A stretch of 64,000 nt of DNA, taken from NCBI GenBank assembly GCA_965213925.1, contig OZ243927.1, positions 3,008,001 through 3,072,000 on the forward strand, in the 5' to 3' direction. Position numbers and translations under genes: made by a program. Shown one piece after another: positions 1-10,127 of the stretch. Positions within the stretch are counted from its first letter, which is position 1. Every line of letters begins with the position of its first letter. The notes below the pieces were generated by a model. The model saw nothing but the letters and a program-made list of their open reading frames with translations, had not been told where the DNA came from and made no database searches. The DNA comes from Trueperaceae bacterium. GTDB lineage: Bacteria > Deinococcota > Deinococci > Deinococcales > Trueperaceae.

Positions 1-609
1 TCCTCGCTCGATATCATCCGTACATACCAGCTTTTGGGGAGGAGGACGAGACGAGAGAGGCTCGAGCCCTCCTTGTCCGGCTTCGTCCTCTTGCTTGGAT
101 TAAGAGGTCAAACGCCAGGGCTCACCCACCACAACATCCTCTTTCCGAAGGACTACCGCGCTGAATTCGAAGAGGTCAAGCGCGGCGAACTACCCCGTGA
201 CCCGACGCTCTATGTGTCGATAAGTAGCAAATCTCAGTTGGACGACGCGCCGCGTGGGGGCGAAAACTGGTTCGTGTTGGCGAACGCGCCTGCTGTGTCG
301 GAAGAGGTCAGCTACGATGAGGAACGCTACGCGGAGCATCTTATTGACCTCTTGGAGCGGCGCGGCTTGGCGGTGAGAAAGCGGCTCGAGGTCCAGAAAA
401 TCTTCCCGCCGCGCTACCTCACCACGCTCGCCCATAGGGGCAGCATCTACGGCGCGGCTCCGCACTCACTCCTGCAAACCTTGCGTCCGAAACAGACGGT
501 TCACGGCATACAAAACCTCTTTTTGGCAGGTGGCAGCGTGCATCCAGGGGGCGGGATTCCTTTGGCACTTCTTTCAGGGAAGCACGCGGCGGCGCTGGCG
601 CTTAAATGA
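1..609 (+). CDS. Phytoene desaturase family (CrtI/CrtD-like) carotenoid desaturase, 5'-partial
   Basis: Frame open from base 1; HHNILF..DY..EF, PTLYV, GSIYG and C-terminal LFLAGGSVHPGGGIPLALLSG motifs. Confidence 0.85.
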   Translation, partial: SSLDIIRTYQLLGRRTRRERLEPSLSGFVLLLGLRGQTPGLTHHNILFPKDYRAEFEEVKRGELPRDPTLYVSISSKSQLDDAPRGGENWFVLANAPAVSEEVSYDEERYAEHLIDLLERRGLAVRKRLEVQKIFPPRYLTTLAHRGSIYGAAPHSLLQTLRPKQTVHGIQNLFLAGGSVHPGGGIPLALLSGKHAAALALK

Positions 610-672
610 CCTCTTTGACCTCTTGCAATACTGTGAGCGAAACAAGGGGTTGCAACCCCTTGTTTTATGAAA

Positions 673-1947
673 CTACGGACAAGACGCCACTCGAGCGTAG
701 TACCCTTCTCGCACCTCTTCCAAGCTCGTCGTCCGGGTTGCGTAGCCGAGCCAGCGGTACGAGCCTCTCGCGGAGTAGCTCTCCCAGGGCTCGAGCCCGA
801 TCTGAACCGCCCGGTCTGCGGCGTAGTGCGCGGCGTTCGTGTCCGTCCAGCAGGTTACGTTTCCGTCATCACCGCCACCATCACCGTCACCATCACCGCC
901 ATCGTCCCCGCCTCCATTGTCGCCACCATCCTCACCCGCTTCCGCGACGATGCCCCAAAAACGCCCGATGTAGTAGCTCGAGCAGATGTTCACGTCTAAG
1001 ATGTACGCCCCCGCCTGTCCGCATTCTGCCTCCGCTGAGCCGGGATCAACGGGTGTGCCGTGCCCCATGCCCGTCAAGCTGTAGGTTTCGACCACGTCTA
1101 CGCCGTCCTTTTGGTAGACCTTATGCGGGTAGCCCTCTACCGTGTCCGACACGTCGGCTTGCTGGTCCGCGCCGTGCACGTTCGTCCACTGCTCCATTGC
1201 CTCTCGCAAATTTGCGTCTCTCACGGTATAGTCCGCGTCGCCGTGCCAAATGGAGACCTTCGGCTGAGGACCCGAATAGTTCGATGCACCTCTTACCAAG
1301 TCGCCCCAAGCCTTCGGCGTTTTGTTCGCGCCAGGGTTCATGCAGCTAAAAGCGTTCACCAGACCCACGCCGCACCTGTACGGTCCGCCTGCGATGACGC
1401 CGCCGCCCGCGAACACGTCGGGATACGTCGCCAGCATCACCGTCGTCATGAAGCCGCCCGCCGAGAGACCCGTGACGAAAACGCGCTCCGAATCGAGACC
1501 GTAGTCTGAGACCATTTTGTTCACCATCCGCTTAATGGAGAGCGGCTCACCCGCACCTCTACGGATGTCGCCGGATTCGAACCAGTTGAAACAGGCATTT
1601 TGGTTGTTGGCGCTCTTCTGCTCAGGGAAGAGGAGGGCGAAGCCGTCCTTATCCGCGTATTTCGCCCAACCCGCGCCGTTCGCGTAGACGCTCGCGGACT
1701 GCGTGCAGCCGTGCAGTGCGACGACGAGTGGCGCGTTCGTAGGTAGATTATTCGGCACGTAGCGGAACATGCGCAGGTTGCCGGGGTTGGAGCCGAAATT
1801 GGCGACTTGCTCTAACGTCACCACCTGGGTTGTCAGTTCAGCCGAGAGGTCTGAATCTGACGCACACGCACTGAGAACGAGCAGGCATAATATGAATAAA
1901 CATAACAGGTAGTTTAGCGAACGAAACGAAAAACGGTCCACACCCAT
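673..1947 (-). CDS. phaZ: Extracellular PHB depolymerase (LpqC/PhaZ type), lipoprotein with G/D linker and C-terminal PHB-binding-like domain
   Basis: Lipobox LSAC; FGSNPGNLRM, LHGCTQ, lipase box GLSAG, GMGHG; start uncertain (1971/1947/1941). Confidence 0.85.
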   Translation of the reverse strand: MGVDRFSFRSLNYLLCLFILCLLVLSACASDSDLSAELTTQVVTLEQVANFGSNPGNLRMFRYVPNNLPTNAPLVVALHGCTQSASVYANGAGWAKYADKDGFALLFPEQKSANNQNACFNWFESGDIRRGAGEPLSIKRMVNKMVSDYGLDSERVFVTGLSAGGFMTTVMLATYPDVFAGGGVIAGGPYRCGVGLVNAFSCMNPGANKTPKAWGDLVRGASNYSGPQPKVSIWHGDADYTVRDANLREAMEQWTNVHGADQQADVSDTVEGYPHKVYQKDGVDVVETYSLTGMGHGTPVDPGSAEAECGQAGAYILDVNICSSYYIGRFWGIVAEAGEDGGDNGGGDDGGDGDGDGGGDDGNVTCWTDTNAAHYAADRAVQIGLEPWESYSARGSYRWLGYATRTTSLEEVREGYYARVASCP

Positions 1948-2127
1948 CACCTCATCTTTCGCGGTATTCATCCAGCATTCGCGCTACACTATGCAGGAAA
2001 CTGTGCAGAAAGTCGTGCACGCGAGCGCATTTTATCCGGGATACACCCTTAATTTTGCCTAGACTCCGCAAGGCTAGCATGGACGAGCGACCTCTTGTTA
2101 GAGCGTTCTTCGCAAAAAGAACACAAG

Positions 2128-2178
2128 TTGACGCTCCGCCCCACTTCGTGTATTCTGACGACTGATTCAGGTCTCAGT
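2128..2178 (+). promoter_or_regulatory. Sigma-A promoter plus candidate TetR operator
   Basis: TTGACG-17bp-TATTCT followed by inverted repeat ACTGA-N8-TCAGT (2161-2178). Confidence 0.6.
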
Positions 2179-2257
2179 TTTAGAGATAAGCGGCTTCATT
2201 GAACTCGAGCCCCGCGTTCGCCGCATCCTCTAATTTCGGAAAGGGTACTTAACGCAT

Positions 2258-2854
2258 ATGCCCGATTTGCCCCAACCCACCACCCCTCGCGGCGAAGCCA
2301 CGCGGCAAAAGCTCCTCGACGCCGCCGAAGCAGAGTTCGGCACGAAGGGATTTTCTAAGGCGTCGGTCTCGAGCATCACCAGCCGCGCCGAGGTTGGGCA
2401 AGGGACGTTTTACCTCTACTTCCCCTCCAAAGAGAGTATTTTACGCGAACTCGTGCGGCGCATGGGGCGCGAACTGCGTAGGGCGCTCGCTGAGGCGACG
2501 ACGGGGTTGGAAAACAGGCTCGAGCTAGAACGCGCCGGTTTAGTCGCTTTCGCCCGCTTTAGCCTAGAAAACGGCAACCTCTACCGCGTGGTGATGGAGT
2601 CGCAGTTCGTGGACGAAGCCATCTACCGCGAGTATTACGAGACGCTCCTGTCTGCGTACAAAACGGGCTTGGAGACCGCCCAGGCTGACGGACAGATTCG
2701 CCCCGGCGACGCTGAAGCGCAAGCCTGGGCGCTCATGGGCGTGTCGCACTTTTTAGGATTGCGCTACGCGATTTGGCAGGGCTGCGAGCCGCCCGAGAGC
2801 GCTATCGAGACGACCTTCGATTTTATCAGGCGTGGGCTCGAGGTGAAGGCGTGA
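2258..2854 (+). CDS. TetR/AcrR family regulator
   Basis: N-terminal HTH (AEVGQGTFYLYFPSKE). Confidence 0.92.
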   Translation: MPDLPQPTTPRGEATRQKLLDAAEAEFGTKGFSKASVSSITSRAEVGQGTFYLYFPSKESILRELVRRMGRELRRALAEATTGLENRLELERAGLVAFARFSLENGNLYRVVMESQFVDEAIYREYYETLLSAYKTGLETAQADGQIRPGDAEAQAWALMGVSHFLGLRYAIWQGCEPPESAIETTFDFIRRGLEVKA

Positions 2855-4371
2855 ACCGCTTCGATATTGCCGCAAGGCGCGCCGTGCTGACGCCGAAGCG
2901 CAAGGCGCTCTATTTTGAAGGGCGCTGGTACGCCTACGCCGAGCTTGACGAACGAGCACGTAAGCTCGCCGGGCAGCTTCAGCAAAGAGGTGTCCAAAAG
3001 GGCGACAGGGTCAGCATTTTGGCGCACAACCACCTCGCGCATGTAGACCTGATTTTAGCAACCGCGAAGCTGGGCTTTGTCTACGCGCCTTTTAACATTC
3101 GGTTGAGCACAGAGGAGCAGCGAGAGGTGGCGGCGTATCTGCGCCCTACACTCCTCTTTTACGACGAGACGCATGAGGAGAAAGCTGAGGGGACGGGACT
3201 GGGGCTTGTTTCGCTCGAGCACTACAATCAGTGGCTCCGAGCCGACTCCCTTACCTTTCCTAACATTGAGCTAAGCGGCGAAGACATTCAGATGATTCTC
3301 CTTACGAGCGGCAGCGCGGGGCGTCCTCGGGGCGTGATGCAACCCTACCGCCAGGGCTTCACTAACGCGGTCAACACCGTTTTTTCCTGGGGGCTACGCG
3401 AGGACGACTGCGCGGTTCAAGCGACGCCTTGCTTCCACGCAGGCGTGAACGCGCTCACGGTGCCGCTGCTGCATATGGGGGCCCGAGTGGTTTTACAGTC
3501 CAGCTTTGACGCCGGGGCGTATCTCGACCTCTTGCAGAAGACGAACGCAACTGTAATGTTTATGGTCCCGGCGATGTACCGCATGGTCAAAGACCATCCA
3601 GACTTTGCAGACGCCGATTTGAGCGGCGTACGCTGGGCGATTTCAGGGGGCGCACCCTGCCCCGCGCCCGTCCGCGAAGCATTTACGCAAAGAGGTGTTC
3701 CGTTCAAACAGGGCTACGGGCTCACCGAGGCGGGCGTCAACTGCTTCTCTATCCAAACGGACGAGGCGGCGGCGCGTCCTGACTCAGTCGGGAAGCCTAT
3801 TTTCTATAGCGACGCGGTGATTCGCAGTGAGACGGGCGAAGCTGTTTCGTCAAATGAGGTTGGCGAACTCACGCTGAGCGGTCCACACCTCTTTAGCGGC
3901 TACTTTGAGCGCCCTCAAGACACGGCGGACGCGCTTAAAGAGGGCTGGCTCTGGACGGGCGACCTCGCGGTGAGAGACGACGAAGGCTTTTTTACCGTCG
4001 TCGGGCGGCGCAAAGAGATGTTTATCTCGGGCGGCGAAAACGTCTTCCCAGTCGAGGTGGAAACCGCGCTCTACACCCACGCTGCGGTTGCCGAGTGCGC
4101 CGTCTTGGGCGTGCCCGACGCGCAGTGGGGTGAGGTGGGGCTCGCGGCAATCGTCCTAAAAGATAGAGTCCTCAGTGAAGAGGTCAGCGAAGACGCGCTC
4201 AGAACCTATCTCGAGGAAAAACTCGCCAAGTACAAAGTGCCCAAACACATCCGTTTCGTCGAGACGTTGCCCAAAAGCGGCGCAGGTAAAATTCAGAAAA
4301 CAGCGCTGACCTCTTTGGCGCTGGCTTCATCTTTAGATTCAGGGGCTTTAGGTTCGGAGTTCTCAAAATGA
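2851..4371 (+). CDS. Acyl-CoA synthetase (AMP-forming)
   Basis: TSGSAGRPRG, QGYGLTE, TGD, LPKSGAGK motifs; GTG start overlaps the TetR stop. Confidence 0.9.
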   Translation: MNRFDIAARRAVLTPKRKALYFEGRWYAYAELDERARKLAGQLQQRGVQKGDRVSILAHNHLAHVDLILATAKLGFVYAPFNIRLSTEEQREVAAYLRPTLLFYDETHEEKAEGTGLGLVSLEHYNQWLRADSLTFPNIELSGEDIQMILLTSGSAGRPRGVMQPYRQGFTNAVNTVFSWGLREDDCAVQATPCFHAGVNALTVPLLHMGARVVLQSSFDAGAYLDLLQKTNATVMFMVPAMYRMVKDHPDFADADLSGVRWAISGGAPCPAPVREAFTQRGVPFKQGYGLTEAGVNCFSIQTDEAAARPDSVGKPIFYSDAVIRSETGEAVSSNEVGELTLSGPHLFSGYFERPQDTADALKEGWLWTGDLAVRDDEGFFTVVGRRKEMFISGGENVFPVEVETALYTHAAVAECAVLGVPDAQWGEVGLAAIVLKDRVLSEEVSEDALRTYLEEKLAKYKVPKHIRFVETLPKSGAGKIQKTALTSLALASSLDSGALGSEFSK

Positions 4372-4619
4372 GCGAGCGCGACCTCATCCTCTGGATGCTG
4401 AGGCTCATTATTGGCGTCGGTCTGGTCTACGGTCTTCTCTTTGCAAGGCCCAAACTCTTCTCTCGCTTTCGCCGCGTCGGAGGCTGGAAAGCGCTTCTCG
4501 TGCGCGTCGTCCTGCTGCTCTGGCTGCTCGTCATCGTCGGCTACTTCGGCATCTTTTTACCAAGATTTCAGCAAGAATTATTTGGACACGAAAGGACACT
4601 ATGCCCAACACTCGCGTAA
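4368..4619 (+). CDS. Small membrane protein (2 TM)
   Basis: Two hydrophobic stretches; overlaps both neighbours in the operon. Confidence 0.55.
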   Translation: MSERDLILWMLRLIIGVGLVYGLLFARPKLFSRFRRVGGWKALLVRVVLLLWLLVIVGYFGIFLPRFQQELFGHERTLCPTLA

Positions 4620-5416
4620 ACGGCGTGAATCTCTACTACAAGCGCGGCGGGAACCAAGAGAGCGAGACGATTGTCTTTATCAACGGTCTCACGATGGACA
4701 CCACCGCGTGGGAGGGTGCGGCGCATTATTTGGAAGATACGTGCACTACCCTTCGCTACGATTGCCGAGGGCAAGGCGAATCGGAGAAGCCGGAGGGACC
4801 CTATACGCCGCAGCAACATAAAGAGGATTTGTTAGGGCTATTAGAAGCGTTGGAACTGGGGGAGGTCCACCTCGTCGGGCTAAGTAACGGCGGCATCATC
4901 GCCTCGCTCGCGGCGGCGGAGTTGGGCGCGGAGCGGGTTAAGACCCTCACCGTCGTGGATTCATTCAGCCAGATGGACGCTGTCATGCGGAGCATCTTGC
5001 GCGGCTGGAAAGCGGCAACCCAGGCGGGCGGCTCCGGCTTGCGCTTCGACGTGGCGACACCCTGGGTCTGGGGGCACACCTTTATGAATCAGCACGCCGA
5101 CGAGATCGCTTCGTACCGAGACAAGGCGGCGCAAGCGGACGCGGCGGTGATTGGCTATCTTATCGACGGTCTGGCAAGCTTCGAGAGTTCGCTGGAAGAG
5201 GTCAGTCGTTATGGCGGACCTCTTTTGGCTATTGTTGGCGAAGAGGACATCTTGACGCCAAAACGCTGCAGCGAGGAGACCGTAGCGGCGGCGCAGCGGG
5301 GCAAACTCACCGTGTTGGATAGGGCGGGACACGCCGCGCCGATCGAGCGTCCGGAAGAGATGGCGGACCTCTTGCGCGACTTCATCACTCAGCCTGACGA
5401 GGTATTGGAATCATGA
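4601..5416 (+). CDS. Alpha/beta hydrolase (enol-lactonase-like)
   Basis: YDCRGQG, GLSNGG, GEED, AGHAAPIERP. Confidence 0.9.
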   Translation: MPNTRVNGVNLYYKRGGNQESETIVFINGLTMDTTAWEGAAHYLEDTCTTLRYDCRGQGESEKPEGPYTPQQHKEDLLGLLEALELGEVHLVGLSNGGIIASLAAAELGAERVKTLTVVDSFSQMDAVMRSILRGWKAATQAGGSGLRFDVATPWVWGHTFMNQHADEIASYRDKAAQADAAVIGYLIDGLASFESSLEEVSRYGGPLLAIVGEEDILTPKRCSEETVAAAQRGKLTVLDRAGHAAPIERPEEMADLLRDFITQPDEVLES

Positions 5417-6213
5417 TCGCCGACGTTCGCACGCAAAGCGTCAACCTCAGTGGCGTAGAGGTTGTCTATCAGGAGTCAGGCACCGGACGCCCTCTAGTCT
5501 GCGTTCACGGTAACTTCGCGAGCAAGCGCTGGTTCACCGAGCAGCTCAAAGCGCCGCCGGAAGGCTGGCGCGTCCTGGCGCTCGACTTGCCGAACTTCGG
5601 CGAGTCAGACACGCTGGAGGGCAACATCAGTATCGGGGCGTACGCCGATGTGCTGAACGACTTCGTGAAGGTGCTGGACCTCTCCACTTTCGCCCTCATG
5701 GGTCACTCTTTAGGCGGCGGCGTCGCGCAGGTCTACGCCGCTCGCCAGCCCAATACGCTGAGCGCTCTCGTCCTTATCGCCGCCGCCGGACCGAGCGGGC
5801 TGGTCACGCCCGAGGAGCGCTACACGGGTTTAGAGATGCTCAAGGACAACCCCGGACTCATGGCGAGCGCCTTGGAGCCGACGATGCCGACGGGCAAGCC
5901 ATCTTATTTCGGCGACATCGTCGAAGACGCCCTGAAGATGAACCCCAACGCCTTTAGCGGCAACGCGCGGGCGCTCGAGCACTACAACGTAAGGAGCGCC
6001 CTTAGAGAGGTCACGTGTCCCGTTCTCGTCATTCGCGGCGAACAGGACTACCTCGTGTCGGAGGAGATGGCGAGGGAGACGGCGGCGGCGCTTACGGAGG
6101 CGTCTGAAGAGGTGAGGCTCGAGCTGTGGAAGCACATCGGTCATTCCCCGCAGATCGAAGACCCCGAGCGGTTCAACCACCTCTTGGCAGAGTTTTTGAA
6201 AGGAGCGACATGA
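5413..6213 (+). CDS. Alpha/beta hydrolase
   Basis: HGNF, DLPNFG, GHSLGG, GHSPQIE. Confidence 0.9.
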   Translation: MIADVRTQSVNLSGVEVVYQESGTGRPLVCVHGNFASKRWFTEQLKAPPEGWRVLALDLPNFGESDTLEGNISIGAYADVLNDFVKVLDLSTFALMGHSLGGGVAQVYAARQPNTLSALVLIAAAGPSGLVTPEERYTGLEMLKDNPGLMASALEPTMPTGKPSYFGDIVEDALKMNPNAFSGNARALEHYNVRSALREVTCPVLVIRGEQDYLVSEEMARETAAALTEASEEVRLELWKHIGHSPQIEDPERFNHLLAEFLKGAT

Positions 6214-6250
6214 AAGGTTAAAGAGGAAAGGACTGAGAGAAAAGAAAAAC

Positions 6251-6292
6251 CTAACAGCTAATTGCTAATCGCTAATACCTAACAGCTAATTT
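6251..6292 (+). repeat. Six tandem CTAAnnn heptamers
   Basis: ctaacag ctaattg ctaatcg ctaatac ctaacag ctaattt. Confidence 0.8.
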
Positions 6293-6303
6293 AAGGAGAC
6301 ACC

Positions 6304-7497
6304 ATGAAGAAAAAGTTATGCATCCTCCTCGCCACACTCGCGCTGACGCTCGCGTACGCGCAGCCCGTGCAAATCGGCATTTTGAGCCCGCTCACCGGCG
6401 CGGCTGCGGGTACAGGGCAAGCACAACGCGCGGGCTTCGAACTCGCGCTAGAAGAGATCAACGCCGCTGGCGGCGTGCTCGGGGAGCCGCTGGAAATTAT
6501 CATCGAAGACACCCAAGCGGACCCCGCCGTGGCGCAAGCCGCCTTTGAAAAGTTGATGGTGGAAGACGGGGTGGCGTTTGTGGGTGGGGGGTACTCGAGC
6601 GGCGCGACCCTCGCACTTGTCGAGTCCATGCGCACCTTTCAGCCGCTCGTGTCCTGGATCGGCGGCGCGGTCTCGGGCGTCGGGATTGAGGGCTTCGACG
6701 GCATCGAGGAGCTTTTAGGCGAAGAACCTTGGTTCTTCCACGTCCACCCCTGGGACTACCACAACGTCGAGGCGGCGACAGGCTTTATCGGTGAAACGGG
6801 CGTGGAAAACGTCGCCCTATTGCACGAAGACTCCGCCTTCGGCGGTCCCGGTGCGGCAGGCGCAGAGGCGCTTATCGAAGAGCAAGGGATTGACGTACCG
6901 CTCCGCGAAGCCTTTAAGTCCACGCTTTTCGGCGGCACGGGCGACTTCCGCGCGGCGATTTCTAAAGCGGTGGCGACGGACCCCGACATGATCTACTGGA
7001 TCGGTTACGACTCGGACGTGGTGCCCATCATTTCGCAGCTTCGCGAGCTGAATGCTAGCCCGAGCCATATCTTCGGGGCTCCTCCAGGATGGCCCGCGCA
7101 GTTCGCCGGTGCGCCCGAAGCGTCGTGCGTCACGGGTCTGATCGGCTTCTTGCCCAACCTACCCACGCCCGAAGCGCAAGCGTTCACCGAGGCGTATAGA
7201 GCGATGCACGGCGGCGAGCCAGACAACTACATGGCGGCGCTCGCTTACGCGCAGCTCTGGTCCTTTGCCGACGCGATTAACGAAGCGGGCACGACGGACC
7301 AAGCCGCCGTCACCGAAGCGATGGAGAGCCTGACCTTCAACTCGCCGATGGGTGAATGGTCTTTTACTCAGTCCGAAATCACGCCGCACCAGGGCTTCGA
7401 CGAGAGCATGTGGCTCGTCTTCCAATATCAGAACGGCACGCGAGAAATCGTCTATCCGACGGCGCGGGCGACGGCTCCGCTCGAGTCCTGCCAATAA
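6304..7497 (+). CDS. Liv-type ABC substrate-binding protein
   Basis: Signal peptide; IGILSPLTG...EINAAGGVLG. Confidence 0.9.
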   Translation: MKKKLCILLATLALTLAYAQPVQIGILSPLTGAAAGTGQAQRAGFELALEEINAAGGVLGEPLEIIIEDTQADPAVAQAAFEKLMVEDGVAFVGGGYSSGATLALVESMRTFQPLVSWIGGAVSGVGIEGFDGIEELLGEEPWFFHVHPWDYHNVEAATGFIGETGVENVALLHEDSAFGGPGAAGAEALIEEQGIDVPLREAFKSTLFGGTGDFRAAISKAVATDPDMIYWIGYDSDVVPIISQLRELNASPSHIFGAPPGWPAQFAGAPEASCVTGLIGFLPNLPTPEAQAFTEAYRAMHGGEPDNYMAALAYAQLWSFADAINEAGTTDQAAVTEAMESLTFNSPMGEWSFTQSEITPHQGFDESMWLVFQYQNGTREIVYPTARATAPLESCQ

Positions 7498-7512
7498 GGA
7501 TTTCGGGGCATC

Positions 7513-7540
7513 GTAGGGGGGATTCGTGAATCCCCCCTAC
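7513..7540. repeat. GTAG-type REP palindrome
   Basis: GTAGGGGGGATTC-GT-GAATCCCCCCTAC perfect inverted repeat. Confidence 0.7.
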
Positions 7541-7550
7541 CCCGCATGTT

Positions 7551-8417
7551 ATGGATTTTTCTCTTTTACTTCAAGGTATTGTCTCGGGCGTTCTCGCCTC
7601 GGGGCTCTACGCGCTCGTCTCGGTGGGGCTGGCGCTGGCGATTGGCGTGATTGGCATTGTCAACTTCGCGCACGGCGAGTTCTTTATGGTGGGCGCGTTC
7701 TTGGCGTACCAGTTTTTTATCTCGTTCGGCTTCGATCCCGTCGTGTCGCTCCTCTTTGTCGCGCCTATCCTCTTTCTCATCGGCGCGGCGATCTACCTGG
7801 GAACCATCCAGTATGTCCTTAAAGCGCCCGAACTCAACCAGATGCTCCTGACCTTTGGCGTCGGCATCATCTTGCAAAACGCGGCGCTCCTCATCTGGGG
7901 CGGCGACCCGGTGTCGATCGCTAACGTGCCGTACCGGGCGTTAGGGTTTCAAATCGGCGGCGTGAGCGTCGGGGCGGTGCCGCTCTTTTCGTTTCTCATC
8001 TCTGTCGTTTTAGTTGGAGTGCTCTACTTTACGCTGCTCAAGACCTCTTTAGGTAAGGCGATGCGAGCGGTGGCGCAAAACCGCGTCGGGGCGAGTCTGG
8101 TGGGGCTCGAGGTGAACCGCATCTACCTCGTCGCCTTCGCGCTCTCCGCTGCTTTAGCTGGCTTGGGCGGTGTGATGATCGCCGTCATCCAGTCGCCCAC
8201 GCCCACCGTCGGCTTCGCGTATACGCTTAAAGCGTTCGCGATTGTCGTCTTGGCTGGGCTCGGCAACATTCGCGGCATCTTGTGGGCGTCTCTAGCTGTC
8301 GCCCTCTCCGAGTCGCTCGTGGCGACGCTCGTCCCGAACGGTGACGCGCTCAGAAACGCGGTCTTTTTCGCCATTATCTTTGTCGTGCTAATCGTGCGGC
8401 AGCGGGAGCACGCATGA
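7551..8417 (+). CDS. Liv-type ABC permease (LivH-like)
   Basis: VNFAHGEF, G.AMRAVAQN motifs. Confidence 0.9.
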   Translation: MDFSLLLQGIVSGVLASGLYALVSVGLALAIGVIGIVNFAHGEFFMVGAFLAYQFFISFGFDPVVSLLFVAPILFLIGAAIYLGTIQYVLKAPELNQMLLTFGVGIILQNAALLIWGGDPVSIANVPYRALGFQIGGVSVGAVPLFSFLISVVLVGVLYFTLLKTSLGKAMRAVAQNRVGASLVGLEVNRIYLVAFALSAALAGLGGVMIAVIQSPTPTVGFAYTLKAFAIVVLAGLGNIRGILWASLAVALSESLVATLVPNGDALRNAVFFAIIFVVLIVRQREHA

Positions 8418-9403
8418 GACGCGCTACACCTCTTATCGCGTTGGCTGTTCTCGCCGCGCTCCTCTTTTTGATGCCCGGCTTACTCAAAGAGGTCTTCGGA
8501 CGCGCTTCGGTCTCGTACCTCTCGCTCTTGACAGGTGGCATCACGCTCGCCGTGCTCGCGCTGTCGTGGGATATTCTAGGACGCACCGGACAACTCTCGC
8601 TGGCGCACGCAGCGTTCTACGGTGCGGGCGCATACACCACAGCGATCCTCGTCAAGCTGACCGAGTTGCCGCTCTGGGTAGGGCTGCCGCTCGGCGGGTT
8701 CGTCGCGGCGCTTATCGCCCTCGCGCTCGGCGCGGTCACGTTGCGGCTGCGCGGCATATACTTCGCCATCGCCACGCTCGCCTTTACCGAGGTGTTGCGG
8801 GCTGTGGTGCAGCAGCTTCCTACGCGCGTCGCGGGTGGCGCGGCGGGCATCAACGTCGAGGCGCTTTTTCGCCCGACGTTTGTTCCCGGTGAGATGGAGC
8901 GTTGGGAGATCGCCTTTAACCGCAACGAGAGTTACTTCTTCGTCTACGCGGGGCTGCTCGTCTTGACGATTTTAATTAGCCTACTCATTCAAAGCTCGAG
9001 GCTCAAACCCGCCTTCACCGCCATCCGCACCAATGAAGAGGTAGCGGCGGTCATGGGCGTGCGTCCAGCGCGGTACAAGTTGCTCGCGTTCGCGCTCTCC
9101 AGCCTCCTCGTCGGCTTACTCGGCGCAGTCGAGGCGCACCGCATCGGCTCGGTGAGCCCGGACCAAACCTTCGCCATCGGCACGACCGTCTTAGCGCTCG
9201 TCACACCGATTTTTGGCGGACTCTACACGACGCTCGGACCTGTGTTGGGGGCGGGGGTGCTGGCGGGGCTCGAGGAAACTTTGAAGCGCACCTTCGAAGA
9301 CGGCTACCTGATTGGCTACGGCATCGTCCTCGTTCTCTCCATCCTCTTCATGCCGAGGGGCATCGTCGGACTGTTCCGGCGTATGTTCGGGAGTCGCGCA
9401 TGA
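8414..9403 (+). CDS. Liv-type ABC permease (LivM-like)
   Basis: GQLSLAHAAFYGAGAY, RLRGIYFAIATL. Confidence 0.9.
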   Translation: MRRATPLIALAVLAALLFLMPGLLKEVFGRASVSYLSLLTGGITLAVLALSWDILGRTGQLSLAHAAFYGAGAYTTAILVKLTELPLWVGLPLGGFVAALIALALGAVTLRLRGIYFAIATLAFTEVLRAVVQQLPTRVAGGAAGINVEALFRPTFVPGEMERWEIAFNRNESYFFVYAGLLVLTILISLLIQSSRLKPAFTAIRTNEEVAAVMGVRPARYKLLAFALSSLLVGLLGAVEAHRIGSVSPDQTFAIGTTVLALVTPIFGGLYTTLGPVLGAGVLAGLEETLKRTFEDGYLIGYGIVLVLSILFMPRGIVGLFRRMFGSRA

Positions 9404-10125
9404 GCGTCTTATCGGTGCAGAATTTGGGCAAGACCTTCGGCGGCTTAGCGGCGGTGGCTGACCTCGACGTGGAGGTGTCCGAAGGCGAAATCTTAGCTAT
9501 CATCGGACCGAACGGCGCTGGTAAAACCACGACGCTGAACATGATGTCGGGGCTTCTGATGCCGTCTCGAGGGCGCGTCACCTTAAAAGGTCAAGATATC
9601 ACCCAGGCGGACCCCGCCACGCGCTGTCACGCCGGGCTCGGGCGAGCCTTTCAAGTCGTGCAGCCTTTTCCTGAAATGACAGTAGAAGAGAATGTGCTGG
9701 TAGGGGCACTTTTCGGCAAAGCGGGCGTAGGCGAGGCGAAAGGGCGTGAGCTTACGCGGGATGCGTTGGAGCGCTCCGGGCTTATGCACGTGAAAGATAC
9801 GCCCGCCGAAGAGCTGACGCTTTTGCAGGAGAAGCGGCTCGAGATTGCCCGCGCCTTAGCCACCCAACCCGATGTGCTTCTCTTAGACGAAGTCATGGCA
9901 GGCCTGCGTCCCGCCGAAGCGAAAGAGGCCGTCGCGCTTGTCCGCTCTGTGCGCGAATCGGGCGTGACCGTCGTCTTTATCGAACACGTCATGCCCGTCG
10001 TACGCGACCTCGCGGACAGGGTGGTAGTGATGGACTACGGACAGAAGATCGCCGAGGGAACCTATCAAGAGGTGACGAGCCACCCACAGGTGATCTCCGC
10101 GTACTTGGGTGAAGAGGAGCTATAA
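9400..10125 (+). CDS. ABC ATPase (LivG-like)
   Basis: GPNGAGKTT, LLLDE, AYLG end. Confidence 0.92.
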   Translation: MSVLSVQNLGKTFGGLAAVADLDVEVSEGEILAIIGPNGAGKTTTLNMMSGLLMPSRGRVTLKGQDITQADPATRCHAGLGRAFQVVQPFPEMTVEENVLVGALFGKAGVGEAKGRELTRDALERSGLMHVKDTPAEELTLLQEKRLEIARALATQPDVLLLDEVMAGLRPAEAKEAVALVRSVRESGVTVVFIEHVMPVVRDLADRVVVMDYGQKIAEGTYQEVTSHPQVISAYLGEEEL

Positions 10126-10127
10126 GC

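Noticed and set aside
868..930. Low-complexity CACCAT/CGC repeats reading as poly-His on the + strand
   Set aside because: This is the Gly/Asp linker of the depolymerase on the - strand
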